From NCBI GenBank assembly GCA_014360065.1, contig JACIYF010000003.1, positions 1,567-65,566 of the forward strand: 64,000 nucleotides of DNA. Direction: 5' to 3'. The notes below the pieces were generated by a model that had not been told where the DNA came from, did not search any database, and saw only the letters and a list, made by a program, of their open reading frames with translations. Shown here piece by piece: positions 1-9,191 of this stretch (the stretch's first letter is position 1; each line of letters begins with the position of its first letter). The position numbers were made by a program, and so were the translations under genes. Origin of the DNA: Clostridia bacterium. Lineage in GTDB: Bacteria; Bacillota; DSM-521; Neomoorellales; JACIYF01.

Positions 1-1
1 T

Positions 2-745
2 CCTGCGCGGGCGGAACTGTGTATTGAAGGTTTTTCCTATCCCAATAAGGGAATGCCTGAAGGCCCATTTGGCGAGTTCACGGGGTATTATGGACGTCCT
101 GGTCATGCCAATACGCCCTACATCGAGATTAAAGCGATGTATTTCCGCAACAATCCAATTATGACTGCTGCATTAATGGCAGACAAGCCTGGTTCGAATG
201 AGTGTGGTCTTGTCGTAGGGCTTATACGCGGAGCGAAGGTGTGGCGCGATCTGGAAGCCTGCGGCATTCCTGGCGTCAAAGGGGTATGGTCGGAACCTGC
301 TGCGGCAGGCGGATTTGGCCTTACCGTAGTATCGTTGAAACAACAATATCCCGGCCACGCCCAGCAGGCTGCTGCCATTGCAGCTCAATGCGCTGGCGGC
401 GCTTACTATTCCAAGTTTATCTATGTAGTTGATGAAGATATCGACCCGTCTGATCTCCACCAAGTAATATGGGCAGCCTCAACCCGTTGCCGGGTATCAG
501 AAGATATCGATATACTTCGCAACACCTGGTCAACGTATCTGGATCCTAGCAAGAATCCCCCCGAAACTAGACCATTTGGTTCTAAAGCGCTCATTTATGC
601 CTGCAAAGATTTTGCAAACTACGAGGTTTTCGCAAGGAGGACAGGATTAACTAAGGAACAGTACAACAACGTCTGCGCCCGTTGGCAAGAACTTGGGCTC
701 CCCGGTAACCCACCTGCGCTAAGGTACTTTGACGACCTCAAGTAG
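2..745 (+). CDS. UbiD-family (prenyl-FMN-dependent) decarboxylase, C-terminal part; 5' end lies outside the window
   Basis: The frame of ORF 53..745 stays open back to nt 2 (PARAELCIEGFSYPNKG-MPEGPFGEFTGYYG). It matches the UbiD core AExxxEG..PEGPxGxxTGYY and later KQQYPGHAQQ and YVVDEDIDPSDLHQVIWA. Confidence 0.85.
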   Translation, partial: PARAELCIEGFSYPNKGMPEGPFGEFTGYYGRPGHANTPYIEIKAMYFRNNPIMTAALMADKPGSNECGLVVGLIRGAKVWRDLEACGIPGVKGVWSEPAAAGGFGLTVVSLKQQYPGHAQQAAAIAAQCAGGAYYSKFIYVVDEDIDPSDLHQVIWAASTRCRVSEDIDILRNTWSTYLDPSKNPPETRPFGSKALIYACKDFANYEVFARRTGLTKEQYNNVCARWQELGLPGNPPALRYFDDLK

Positions 746-760
746 TTGATGCAAATGCCT

Positions 761-809
761 GGGGCGGTTCTACAAGTTACCTGTGTCACTTAGCTTGCAG
801 AACCGCCCC
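761..809 (+). terminator. Stem-loop 16 nt after the UbiD-family stop (possible weak terminator)
   Basis: GGGGCGGTTCT (761-771) is perfectly complementary to AGAACCGCCCC (799-809). There is no clear U-tract, so this is only a candidate. Confidence 0.3.
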
Positions 810-1000
810 TCTGCAAAAGTTGGCAGAGACGGTTCTCATTCAAGCAGAGCGCTAGTTCGTCCACTCAAAATCTATAGCTTAAAGCCAGCCGTAACCTCCA
901 AGCCCTCCAAGCGCCTGATGCTTTTTGCCGGCAAGCAAGTCTTTTTCGGAAGTTTCAAAGACAAAAGTAGAATCAGTTTCAGAAAGAAGGGGGGACGCCG

Positions 1001-2424
1001 ATGACATGGCCTGCAAGGGTGGCGGAAGCCAAGGCAGCAACACTGGATAGAAAGGTGTTGTGGCTTGGCATCGCAGTTTTATTGGGACTGATACTGTGGT
1101 TTATGCCTACTCCTCCTGGTCTTACTGTTGCAGGAAAGCATGCACTGGCAGTAGTTATCTTCACCGTCTTTTTATGGGTTTCAGGGGCTGTTCCTACAGG
1201 CGTGGGATCGCTCTTAATGATTGGAATTGTAATATGTCTGATGCCGAAAGAGGTCGAACCGGCCAAGTTCTTATCATTCTGGTCGCAGGACACAATGTGG
1301 TTTGTATTGGTGTGCTTCATATTTGGCGCTGTCATGCAAAAAAGTGGTCTCGGTAACCGTCTGGCCACTATGTGTTTTCTCTTCGCAACCTGTTTTTGAT
1401 TGACATTGCTATCTTTGGCCTGAATGCTATCTTTTCAGTAGTGGGCATGGGCGCTTCTTTCCCTAAGATTGCCCTTCTTTTGCCCTTGGTCACCTCAGTT
1501 GCCGCTCTATCCGGTATGAGCAAGGAAGACCCCTATATTAAACACGTAGCGCTGATGATCAACGTTCTGGCCAACCAAACCGGTGTGCTGGTGTACTCCG
1601 GGTTCATATTGAATCCTGCGCTTGGACCGCTCGGCGGGTTTCAGGTCAATTACACCACTTGGTTCCAGTGGTTTTTTGTGCCCGGGCTGGTTTTAAATAT
1701 TGTTTCATTTTTTGTTCTCTACTTCTTGTTCGTGCCTCGCCAGGGCACAAAAGGATTTGACCAAGAAGTTATCCAGGAAAGACGAAATGAACTGGGACCT
1801 CTAAGGAAAGAGGAGATTAAAGCTATCACCTGGCTGGCTTTCGCGGTCATTCTGTGGGCAACTAGCGGTTGGACTGGCATTCAAACCGGCTATGCGGCTG
1901 TTCTGGTAGCTGCCTTACTGATGCTGCCTGGAATAGGAATGATTAGCCTCAAGGAATTTGTTCAGGTAACCGATTGGAACACGGTATTCATGCTGATGGG
2001 AGTGCTTTCCATAGGAGCCCTAGGCGCAACCGGGTTTGCCAAATGGCTCTGGAGCCACATACTTCTCAGCCAGATGCCTGACAACCCTATGATAGTTTTG
2101 ATAATAGTCTCGTTCCTGGTTGAAATACTTCACATCCCTCTGGGCAGCCTCGGAACCACGCAGGCTCTGGCCGTCCCGTCACTGGCAGCCTACGGGCCTA
2201 CGGTCGGGATGTCCAACATACTGCTAAGCATTGTCGCTTACATGTCGATTGTTGGCCAGTTTTTCTTCGTCTACCAGAACGCTGCCTTGGTAGCGGGGCA
2301 GGGATATAGGCTTTGGAAGCCCAAGGATATTCTCAAGTTCGGAGTAGCTATGTTCTTCGTTACTCCAATTACTCTCGGCGTTATTCTCTACCCGTGGTGG
2401 GCGCATATGGGGTGGATACATTAG
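1001..2424 (+). pseudogene. DASS/SLC13-type anion (di/tricarboxylate-like) permease split by a frameshift near 1372-1399
   Basis: ORF 1001..1399 (132 aa; GKHALAVVIFTVFLWVSGAVP, QKSGLGNRLAT) and ORF 1372..2424 (350 aa, polytopic) overlap in different frames. Together they make about 480 aa, the size of one DASS permease. RBS GAAGGGGGG lies before ATG 1001. This is either a true frameshift or a sequencing error. Confidence 0.6.
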
Positions 2425-2594
2425 AAACGGCCTCCTTTGTCCGCAGTTGGCATATAACATCCGTGAGAAGGGAGAGGGGAATCCAGTGTCGAATTAAAAC
2501 TGGTTAGATGAAAAGTTTGAGCATCTTGTGCTGCACGGGACTGAGCGTAAAGAATCGGCTTGTCAACTGCAGTCTTAACCTTGGGGGGAGCGGC

Positions 2595-3167
2595 ATGGCC
2601 AAGTTTAAATCGCTTGAGAGCCCCCGCTTCGATCAAGCTTTGGAAGGGCTCATGTCCAGCCTAAAAGCAGAGTACGTAATTCTTAAGAAAAAACGCTTCC
2701 ACGTTCTTTCGGTCGGCGAGAGTGGCTATATTTGGATAATCTTTTCAGGATGGATGCTGGCAGTTAGAAGTAGTCCGCAAGGCCGGGTGAAAGGCATGGG
2801 ATTGTTCGGCCCCGGAGACATCTTGGGTGTCAGCGGCCTTGGTGGTAATTCGAGGGATGTTCCTCTTTATGCCGTGACCGACACCTTGGTTAAGCGTGCA
2901 TTTACACAAGACCTTAGACGCGCAATGAAAGATGACGCCAGATTATGCCAGTACATGTTGAACTATATCTGCAGGCGTTATGCTGAGCTGCTTGATGAGT
3001 TGGAGGACAGTACCTTGTTACCGCTTGGGGATCGCGTGAGGTCCTTCCAGAATAAGATCTCAGAGAAAGTGCCGGGTACTGCTCACATCAGCTTGTCTGA
3101 ACAAGTGGTTGCCTGGGCAGTGGGGGCTCACCCGGTTAGCGTTTGCCGTGCCCTGAAGGGCGAGTAG
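2595..3167 (+). CDS. Crp/Fnr-family transcriptional regulator (cNMP-binding-like fold plus C-terminal HTH)
   Basis: Internal ATG 2595 follows GGGGGGAG. The C-terminus (SLSEQVVAWAVGAHPVSVCRALKGE) looks like a Crp-type HTH, and a beta-roll-like region (GPGDILGVSGL) lies upstream. Confidence 0.55.
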   Translation: MAKFKSLESPRFDQALEGLMSSLKAEYVILKKKRFHVLSVGESGYIWIIFSGWMLAVRSSPQGRVKGMGLFGPGDILGVSGLGGNSRDVPLYAVTDTLVKRAFTQDLRRAMKDDARLCQYMLNYICRRYAELLDELEDSTLLPLGDRVRSFQNKISEKVPGTAHISLSEQVVAWAVGAHPVSVCRALKGE

Positions 3168-3227
3168 GTTTGTCTTCCTCAATACTATACCAATGCAGTA
3201 GTTCGATACGACTGTCTAAGTAGCCCG

Positions 3228-3400
3228 GGTGTGCAGAAACATGGGGCTCAACAGGTTGGCGGTTTGTTGCACTGATGCTTACTTTTTACAACAACCCTAC
3301 AACTATTGATGACATGATCAACCACTTGATTGGGAAGATCATGAGGGTATTCAACCTCAACTTCGATGCTTTTGTTCCGTGGAAAGGGGTTATCGAATAG
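3228..3400 (+). pseudogene. Remnant of UbiX (flavin prenyltransferase): C-terminal ~41 aa intact, upstream part frameshifted or missing
   Basis: Unlisted short ORF 3275..3400 encodes MLTFYNNPTTIDDMINHLIGKIMRVFNLNFDAFVPWKGVIE. This aligns by eye to the E. coli UbiX C-terminus PAFYHRPQSLDDVINQTVNRVLDQF...FARWQGA. A ..CRNMGLNRLA.. fragment sits just upstream in another frame. Confidence 0.5.
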
Positions 3401-3456
3401 TTGGCGCGCAGCGGCACGACACCTCAAGCTACATCATACCATGTGGAGTGTCTAGA

Positions 3457-4518
3457 ATGAGCAGGCGGAAAGACCAGCAGAGCTTATTGCCCATTGAAAC
3501 TCGGAAGAACCAGCATGTGGAGATTGCCCTGAGCAGGGATGTGGAGCAGGAATTCTCCTGGGGCGGATTTCAGGATTATCAGTTAGAGCATTGCGCCTTG
3601 CCAGAACTATCACTGTCAGAGATCGATACTTCGACTGTTTTTCTGGGAAAACAGGTTTCTTTACCGCTTGTAATCTCACCGATTACCGGGGGCACACCAG
3701 AGACATTCACTATTCTACGGACGCTGGCCGAGGCTGCGGAAGAGAAGAAAGTGGCGTTGGGGGTGGGATCCCAGCGCATAGCAATGGAGAATCAGAGGTC
3801 AAGCGATTTCTTTCGAATACGGGATGTAGCGCCCAGCATTCCAATCTTGGCTAATCTTGGTGCAGTTCAGCTGAATTACGGCCTGACTGTTTGCCACTGC
3901 CAGAAGGCAGTTGATATGGTAGAAGCTGATGCGCTAGTATTGCACCTGAACCCTCTCCATGAGTCCCTGCAAAACGATGGTAACACTGATTTCCGAAACT
4001 TACTGCCAAAGATTGACTCTGTTATCAAGAGCATTTCTGTGCCGGTGATTATTAAGGAAGTCGGTTTTGGCATTTCATTACAGGTGGCGAGGAAACTTGC
4101 CAGCATTGGGGTCGCAGCAATAGACCTTGCCGGTGCAGGTGGTACCTCGTGGCCTTTGATCGAGTCATCCAGAGCCCTATCAAAAGAACAGCAACAGCTT
4201 GCGCTTTCATTCACATCATGGGGTCTTCCTACAGCTTGGCTTCTCGAACAATACAGAAAAGAGCTAAGGCCGCTTGGTGTGCAGATAATTGCGAGCGGCG
4301 GCATCCGAAGTGGCATTGATATTGCCAAAAGTATTGCCATGGGCGCTTCCATGGCCGGGATTGGTTTGCCTTTTTTAAGAGCCTCTGCCGATGGCACTGC
4401 ATCGGTAACCCGTCTGATTGATCGGCTGAGAACGGAACTCTTGCTCTCGATGTTTAATACTGGATCTCCAAATATTAAGGCCTTATCAAAGGCGAGGGTA
4501 ATTCCCCTGAGAACTTGA
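3457..4518 (+). CDS. fni: Type 2 isopentenyl-diphosphate delta-isomerase (FMN-dependent IDI-2)
   Basis: MSRRKDQ...TRKNQHVEIAL, ISPITGG, GVGSQR, IIKEVGFGIS, ASGGIRSGIDIAKSIAMGA are typical of IDI-2. GGAG lies 9 nt before ATG 3457. The ORF-track start at 3379 overlaps the ubiX remnant. Confidence 0.85.
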   Translation: MSRRKDQQSLLPIETRKNQHVEIALSRDVEQEFSWGGFQDYQLEHCALPELSLSEIDTSTVFLGKQVSLPLVISPITGGTPETFTILRTLAEAAEEKKVALGVGSQRIAMENQRSSDFFRIRDVAPSIPILANLGAVQLNYGLTVCHCQKAVDMVEADALVLHLNPLHESLQNDGNTDFRNLLPKIDSVIKSISVPVIIKEVGFGISLQVARKLASIGVAAIDLAGAGGTSWPLIESSRALSKEQQQLALSFTSWGLPTAWLLEQYRKELRPLGVQIIASGGIRSGIDIAKSIAMGASMAGIGLPFLRASADGTASVTRLIDRLRTELLLSMFNTGSPNIKALSKARVIPLRT

Positions 4519-4669
4519 TCTCTGTTCGTGGTAGCCTAAAAGGCCACTATGGTAACAGAAGGGGTGCTGTTCTCACCTGGCCCGGAACTGGGCGGCGGAT
4601 CAATTTTGTTTGCTTGTTGCTATCTGCTGGGCTTCCATGCAGGCGCGCCTTCGCGGGCTTACCACGTTT

Positions 4670-5047
4670 TCATCCTCCGGCCACAGGCGGGATCAAAGTG
4701 ACTTCATCACCGGGATTAAGCGGCGTAGCCATCCCTTGCAAGAACTGGATATTGCGACCATTCACCAGTACGGTGATGTCCGGGCGCAGAAAGCCATCTT
4801 TCAAAAACGCTTCTTGGCGAAACCGTTCCCCTAGCCGCTCTCCTAAGCGTTGAATGAGCTGTTCCACATTGGCGGCATCGCAGTCTACTTCTTTTTGCCC
4901 AGCCACCAATCCAAGAAAGTTGAGCAACCGCACCCGCATACCTGGTTCGCCCCCCTCAAGCAACTGCTCATCTTCTCCACTGCCGTCGTACAACCTCAGG
5001 CTGGCAAACGCAAGTAGCGTTAACTCTTGGAACTTGAGGTACTGCAT
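4670..5047 (-). CDS. MoaD/ThiS-family ubiquitin-like sulfur-carrier protein (C-terminal Gly-Gly) with an N-terminal insertion
   Basis: It ends ...NPGDEVTLIPPVAGG-stop, the classic MoaD/ThiS tail, and has FASLR near the N-terminus. At 125 aa it is longer than usual, and its RBS is weak. Confidence 0.6.
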   Translation of the reverse strand: MQYLKFQELTLLAFASLRLYDGSGEDEQLLEGGEPGMRVRLLNFLGLVAGQKEVDCDAANVEQLIQRLGERLGERFRQEAFLKDGFLRPDITVLVNGRNIQFLQGMATPLNPGDEVTLIPPVAGG

Positions 5048-5202
5048 CTTTCGACATCAGCCAACTTTTTCCTGCCTAAGAGAAACGATTCTCCTGCCCA
5101 TGCCTGTGCGGTAGCGCCCATACTCTGGATGCCAACAATTGCTTGTTGCCGGTGGGGACCTTCGCCTTTCTGCCCTTCTCTATCGGGATCTTTAACCTTC
5201 GG

Positions 5203-5370
5203 TTACAAGAATTCCTGAACTATAGAGTCGCGCTTCCCGGACAGCCTGAAAAAGTCCACCGAGGCGGTGTAGAATCCCTTTCTCTTCAGCCGCCTCAGCA
5301 CCTCGTGGGCGAGGGAAGTCTTGTCTTCCTCGGAGACCGGGCCACCGAGGGGAAATAGTTTTCCAGGCAA
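5203..5370 (-). CDS. Small hypothetical protein (55 aa, TTG start), below the ORF-track size cutoff
   Basis: GGAGGG lies 6 nt before TTG 5370. The translation is (M)PGKLFPLGGPVSEEDKTSLAHEVLRRLKRKGFYTASVDFFRLSGKRDSIVQEFL. It looks protein-like, but I recognise no family. Confidence 0.25.
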   Translation of the reverse strand: MPGKLFPLGGPVSEEDKTSLAHEVLRRLKRKGFYTASVDFFRLSGKRDSIVQEFL

Positions 5371-5662
5371 GGCCAACCCTCCAGTCCTGGGTTTCGTTTA
5401 TTACTAACTACGTAACAAAATATTACATGATGGATAATAAGAGTACAATGGCCCAGCCGCCCGGAGTGCCAGTCAGGTGGAGCCGAAGTTATATCGCCCC
5501 CTCCTGCCGACACGTTCTACGTAGTGAAGCTTGAGTTCACCATCGTCGGCAAATTCCCTCGGTTGGCCCCAAGGGCTGTAAGTCCGGGGGCAAGGAGGCC
5601 CGGTACCCGCCCTGAATTGTGCGGGACTGGCGCCCCTTGCGCTCCACGATTTCCTAAGCTTT

Positions 5663-7264
5663 TCAGTTCCCCTTGAGCTTCCCGGCTATGGCAATGGCTT
5701 TGTCAGCCACTTCTTGAGGATTTCTGCCCAGGACTAGGATTACCCGCTCCAAATTGACCCGGTCGGGAGTGTCGATGACATCCGGGAGATAACTTTGCCG
5801 GGCCAACAGCTTGCGCAGTTCGCCATCAAACTCCTCCTCCGGCTGGATGAAATTGGAGGGCCCAGGCACGGCTACCAACCGGAGACCTAGGTCCCGACAT
5901 GCCTGGCGGATAGCCGCCGTACTGGCAAAGTTGGCCACGCACCTGGCTTCGGGGAAAAATTCCCGCACTGTGAGGATGGTGCTGCCCATGCGGCGGGAGG
6001 CGCCCATTTCTGGCTTCCCCAAGGTGGCCACTTGCCCCCGGAAACGCAGCATGCGCCCGGGAATACCAGCTACATCATCTAAGCCTTTGGCATCGGCCGA
6101 GGCATAGGCAAAGTTGGCGCCAATTTCCGGAAGCAAATCGACAATATTGGCAGACTTCAGCCTTTCAATAGCCGCCTCTAGTTCAGCAATTAATTGCGAG
6201 TGGGGGGCTTCTTCAGTTGGCTCGTTGCCCTCAGTCATGGCTGCAAAAAATACTTCCCAGAAAGGATCTTCTGGGGGAGCTACCAATGGCTCCTCTCCGG
6301 TGGCGGTAACCCATGCTCGCCCCTCGTCCTTGGGTACTACCTTTCCAACTACTGAAGCTTCAATTCCGGCCTCTTGGAAAGCCCGCAGCATAGCTTCGGC
6401 TTTTTCGGGATCGCAAGTCATGACCATGGTGCCCTCGCTGATGGAAATGTAAGGGTCAAGTCCAAAGTAATCACAGGTCACCCGTACGTCCTCTGGAACT
6501 AAAACCTTGTCTCGTTCAATCCGCAAACCCACTCCCGAGGCTTCAGCCACTTCCCATAGCCCCCGGGCCACCCCGCCCTCGGTGGCGTCGTGCATGGCGT
6601 GCACTCCTCCCACCTGCATGGCAACGGCTGCGTCCTTCACCACCGACATTTGGAAGCGGCGTTGGGAGGCTTTCTCTATCAGCTCCAGCGCTACCCCATC
6701 TCGGCGCATCCTCTTGCCAAGCTCAGAAGCCAAGATCCCGCTAGCCTCAATGGCCGCTCCCTTGGTAACGATGACCGCATCGCCCACCTGAGCCCCGCTG
6801 GGCAGCACAAACTCACTTCCGGTTCCCCAAACAGTTATGCCGCCGATGGTGGGAGTCACTACCGAGGGATAAAAGCCAGTGTGCCCACCTACAATGGCAA
6901 TACCTAGCTCGCGTGCGGTATTGCTAATACTTTGAACTAGCCTCCGGATGTAGTCTTCTGAAGTACCTGGAGGTATGAGCAAGGAATAGGTCATAAACTG
7001 AGGCTTAATGCCCAAGACAGCTACGTCGCTAGCGCCAATGTGAACGGTAAACCAACCGAAATCCTCGGGAGTAGAGGCGGGCGAAGGAAAAATCGGGTCC
7101 TCGGCAATGGCCAAGTACTGCTCGCCCATTTTTAAGATGGCGGCGTCCACTCCCATGGTAGGCCCTACCACCACCTGGGAAGATTCGGCTCCGATGAAAG
7201 GTAGAATGGATTGGCGAAAGAAACTGTCGTTAACTTTTCCGATCATGGTTTTCATATTGTGCAT
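5663..7264 (-). CDS. Fusion of an AIR-synthase-related (PurM/ThiL/HypE superfamily) domain with a C-terminal ThiN-type thiamine-phosphate synthase domain
   Basis: The N-terminal half carries GPTMGVDAAIL, AEDPIF, VGGHTG and HAMHDATEGG (PurM-like fold). The C-terminal ~190 aa (LLPEIGANFAYA...VAGIPGRM...) resembles the ThiN domain of archaeal ThiDN. A TPP riboswitch lies directly upstream. Confidence 0.7.
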   Translation of the reverse strand: MHNMKTMIGKVNDSFFRQSILPFIGAESSQVVVGPTMGVDAAILKMGEQYLAIAEDPIFPSPASTPEDFGWFTVHIGASDVAVLGIKPQFMTYSLLIPPGTSEDYIRRLVQSISNTARELGIAIVGGHTGFYPSVVTPTIGGITVWGTGSEFVLPSGAQVGDAVIVTKGAAIEASGILASELGKRMRRDGVALELIEKASQRRFQMSVVKDAAVAMQVGGVHAMHDATEGGVARGLWEVAEASGVGLRIERDKVLVPEDVRVTCDYFGLDPYISISEGTMVMTCDPEKAEAMLRAFQEAGIEASVVGKVVPKDEGRAWVTATGEEPLVAPPEDPFWEVFFAAMTEGNEPTEEAPHSQLIAELEAAIERLKSANIVDLLPEIGANFAYASADAKGLDDVAGIPGRMLRFRGQVATLGKPEMGASRRMGSTILTVREFFPEARCVANFASTAAIRQACRDLGLRLVAVPGPSNFIQPEEEFDGELRKLLARQSYLPDVIDTPDRVNLERVILVLGRNPQEVADKAIAIAGKLKGN

Positions 7265-7334
7265 GGCAGGAAAGCTGCCCGTCTTCCTCCTTCTTTCAAA
7301 GTGGTTTTATCCCAGAAAGTCCTCGCCCCCGCCT

Positions 7335-7370
7335 AAAAAATTCGGCCCCTCACCTGGGTGGCGAGCGGCC
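7335..7370 (-). terminator. Intrinsic terminator forming the expression platform of the TPP riboswitch
   Basis: On the minus strand, GGCCGCTCGCC-ACCCA-GGTGAGGGGCC is followed by GAATTTTTT. It sits between the aptamer and the ATG at 7264. Confidence 0.7.
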
Positions 7371-7385
7371 GCTGTCATTTGCAAT

Positions 7386-7483
7386 CACGGTCTATCTCTC
7401 CCTCCGCAGGTATTACCCTGATCAGGTTCAGCGGGTCAGGTGCTCACAGCCCTTTCTCAGCCCCTAACAGGGGCTCCCCGTCG
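7386..7483 (-). promoter_or_regulatory. TPP (THI-box) riboswitch aptamer
   Basis: The minus strand reads GGGGAGC-CCCUGUUAGGGG-CUGAGA...ACCCGCUGAACCUGAUCAGGGUAAUACCUGCGGAGGGA. This matches the conserved THI-box elements GGGGUGC/CUGAGA/ACCC/AACCUGAUC/UAAUACC/GCG-AGGGA. Confidence 0.9.
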
Positions 7484-7522
7484 TTTCTAAGTATGCAATT
7501 GGTTAAACTTCCTTGTGCTTAC

Positions 7523-7551
7523 ATTATAGCACCTGAGCGCTTCGGTGCCAA
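7523..7551 (-). promoter_or_regulatory. Sigma-A-type promoter for the riboswitch-controlled thiamine operon
   Basis: On the minus strand, TTGGCA is followed by 17 nt and then TATAAT, with a TG at the extended -10 position (TGcTATAAT). It lies about 40 nt upstream of the aptamer. Confidence 0.6.
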
Positions 7552-7554
7552 CGC

Positions 7555-7872
7555 TTATTCTTCCACCTCTACCGCCGTACCGCTGGCAGTAATCATGAGC
7601 ATTCCTTCCCGGACTACTTCATAGTCCAAGTCTACTCCCACTACAGCATTGGCGCCGGCCCGCCGGGCTTGATCCAGCATCTCGCTCAAGGCAATTTGCC
7701 TGCCTTCGGATAGTTTAGATTCATAGGCTCCAGAGCGGCCGCCAACGATATCAGTAATGCTGGCCAGAAAATCCCTAACGATATTGGCTCCCATGATGGC
7801 CTCCCCGAAGACTACCCCCAGATAACGCTTGATCCGCCTACCCTCAATGGTATTGGTGGTGGTAACAATCAT
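7555..7872 (-). CDS. YbjQ/UPF0145-family protein (putative heavy-metal-binding)
   Basis: At 105 aa, [22 protein letters not shown]...GGRSGAYE...[15 protein letters not shown] is the typical UPF0145 pattern. Confidence 0.85.
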   Translation of the reverse strand: MIVTTTNTIEGRRIKRYLGVVFGEAIMGANIVRDFLASITDIVGGRSGAYESKLSEGRQIALSEMLDQARRAGANAVVGVDLDYEVVREGMLMITASGTAVEVEE

Positions 7873-8038
7873 TATTCTTGCCCGCCTTTCGCCAAGGGTT
7901 TCTGAGCGCTTTCATGTTACCACACTGCCCCCGCTCCGCCAAGGCTCAAATCGATAGACTCATGGTTACAAGTATGTTAGGATCAACTTATCCGATGGTT
8001 CCATGGTTCGAAGCTGAGTTGAGAGAGAAGGGCTCGCG

Positions 8039-9178
8039 ATGCGCACCGGAATCGCCAACCTGCCCTTGCATGGGGGAAAATGTCCACCCTGGCTGTTCGA
8101 GCGGATGACCAAGCTGGCTGCCGCTTTGGTGGAAGTGATGGTGGCCGACGCCGGCCCGGATCGGGTACTGCAGCGCCTGGCCGACCCCTTCTGGTTTCAG
8201 GCCTTTGGTTGCGCTTTAGGCTTCGACTGGCATTCTTCTGGCCTTACTACCACTGTCTGCGGCGCCCTGAAGGAAGCCCTAAAGGGCAGGGAATGGGATA
8301 CCGGCATCTTCATCGCCGGGGGTAAGGGCAAGACCAGCTTGCGCACTCCAGAAGAACTGAGGGATTATGGGGAAAGGTTTCCCCTGGCAACCAATCCCGA
8401 TAAGTTGATTTATGCCAGCCGGATGGCCGCCAAGGTAGACAATACCGCCGTCCAAGACGGCTATCAGCTTTATCACCACACTTTCCTTTTCACCGCCTCC
8501 GGGTTATGGGCGGTAATTCAGCAGGGAATGAACGAGTCTCTACGTTGGGCCCGCCGCTATCACTGGCTTAGTACCAAGGTTAGCGATTTCACCTGCGAGC
8601 CGCACCTGGCCGTGTGCTGCGACCACACCGCCATCACCCTGAACTTGGTAGCGGAGGAGAGCGGGGCCGCCCGCCAGGTTATAACCGAAGTAGCAGGAGA
8701 AAAACCGGAAAAGACTTTAGCAGACTTAAAAAAGCTGGGCGAGGCCCTTCGCGCCGCCCGCCGACCCAAGCTACCGGCCGGCACTCCCGCTTCCCAAGCC
8801 TCGCTTACTTTGAGCCTTCCCGCTACCCATCCCATTACTTTTCGCGACCTGCACCCCTCTAGCCTCAACCGAGTATTACTCCGGACCTACTCCCGGCCGC
8901 CCAAAGACTTCAATCAGCTCCTAGCTACTGAGGGGTTGGGGCCCAAATCATTGCGCGCGCTGAGCCTCTTGGCCGAGCTAGCCTACGGCACTCCGCCCAG
9001 TTATCGCGACCCAGTTAAGTATAGCTTTGCCCACGGGGGCAAAGACGGCTACCCTTACCCGGTTGATCGTAAGACTTATGATCAATCGGTGGAATTCCTG
9101 CGCCAAGCCCTCAACTCAGCCAAGGTAGGGCGCACCGAGAAGATTCAAGCCTTCCGGCGCTTAGCCAAGTTTGGCTAG
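8039..9178 (+). CDS. DUF763-family protein
   Basis: The N-terminus MRTGIANLPLHGGKCPPWLFERM...DPFWFQAFGCALGFDWHSSGLTT matches my memory of DUF763. RBS GAGAGAGAAGGG lies upstream. Confidence 0.65.
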   Translation: MRTGIANLPLHGGKCPPWLFERMTKLAAALVEVMVADAGPDRVLQRLADPFWFQAFGCALGFDWHSSGLTTTVCGALKEALKGREWDTGIFIAGGKGKTSLRTPEELRDYGERFPLATNPDKLIYASRMAAKVDNTAVQDGYQLYHHTFLFTASGLWAVIQQGMNESLRWARRYHWLSTKVSDFTCEPHLAVCCDHTAITLNLVAEESGAARQVITEVAGEKPEKTLADLKKLGEALRAARRPKLPAGTPASQASLTLSLPATHPITFRDLHPSSLNRVLLRTYSRPPKDFNQLLATEGLGPKSLRALSLLAELAYGTPPSYRDPVKYSFAHGGKDGYPYPVDRKTYDQSVEFLRQALNSAKVGRTEKIQAFRRLAKFG

Positions 9179-9191
9179 GGAGCGTCCGGCC

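Noticed and set aside
1372-2424. Treating ORF 1372..2424 as an independent gene
   Set aside because: Its first residues overlap the end of ORF 1001..1399, and it lacks an RBS. Together the two pieces match the length and topology of one DASS permease.
5371-5662. Searched this 292-nt spacer for a second riboswitch (TPP or Moco) or a tRNA
   Set aside because: I found no THI-box, Moco-motif or cloverleaf features by eye. Only frame-shifting protein-like fragments are present.
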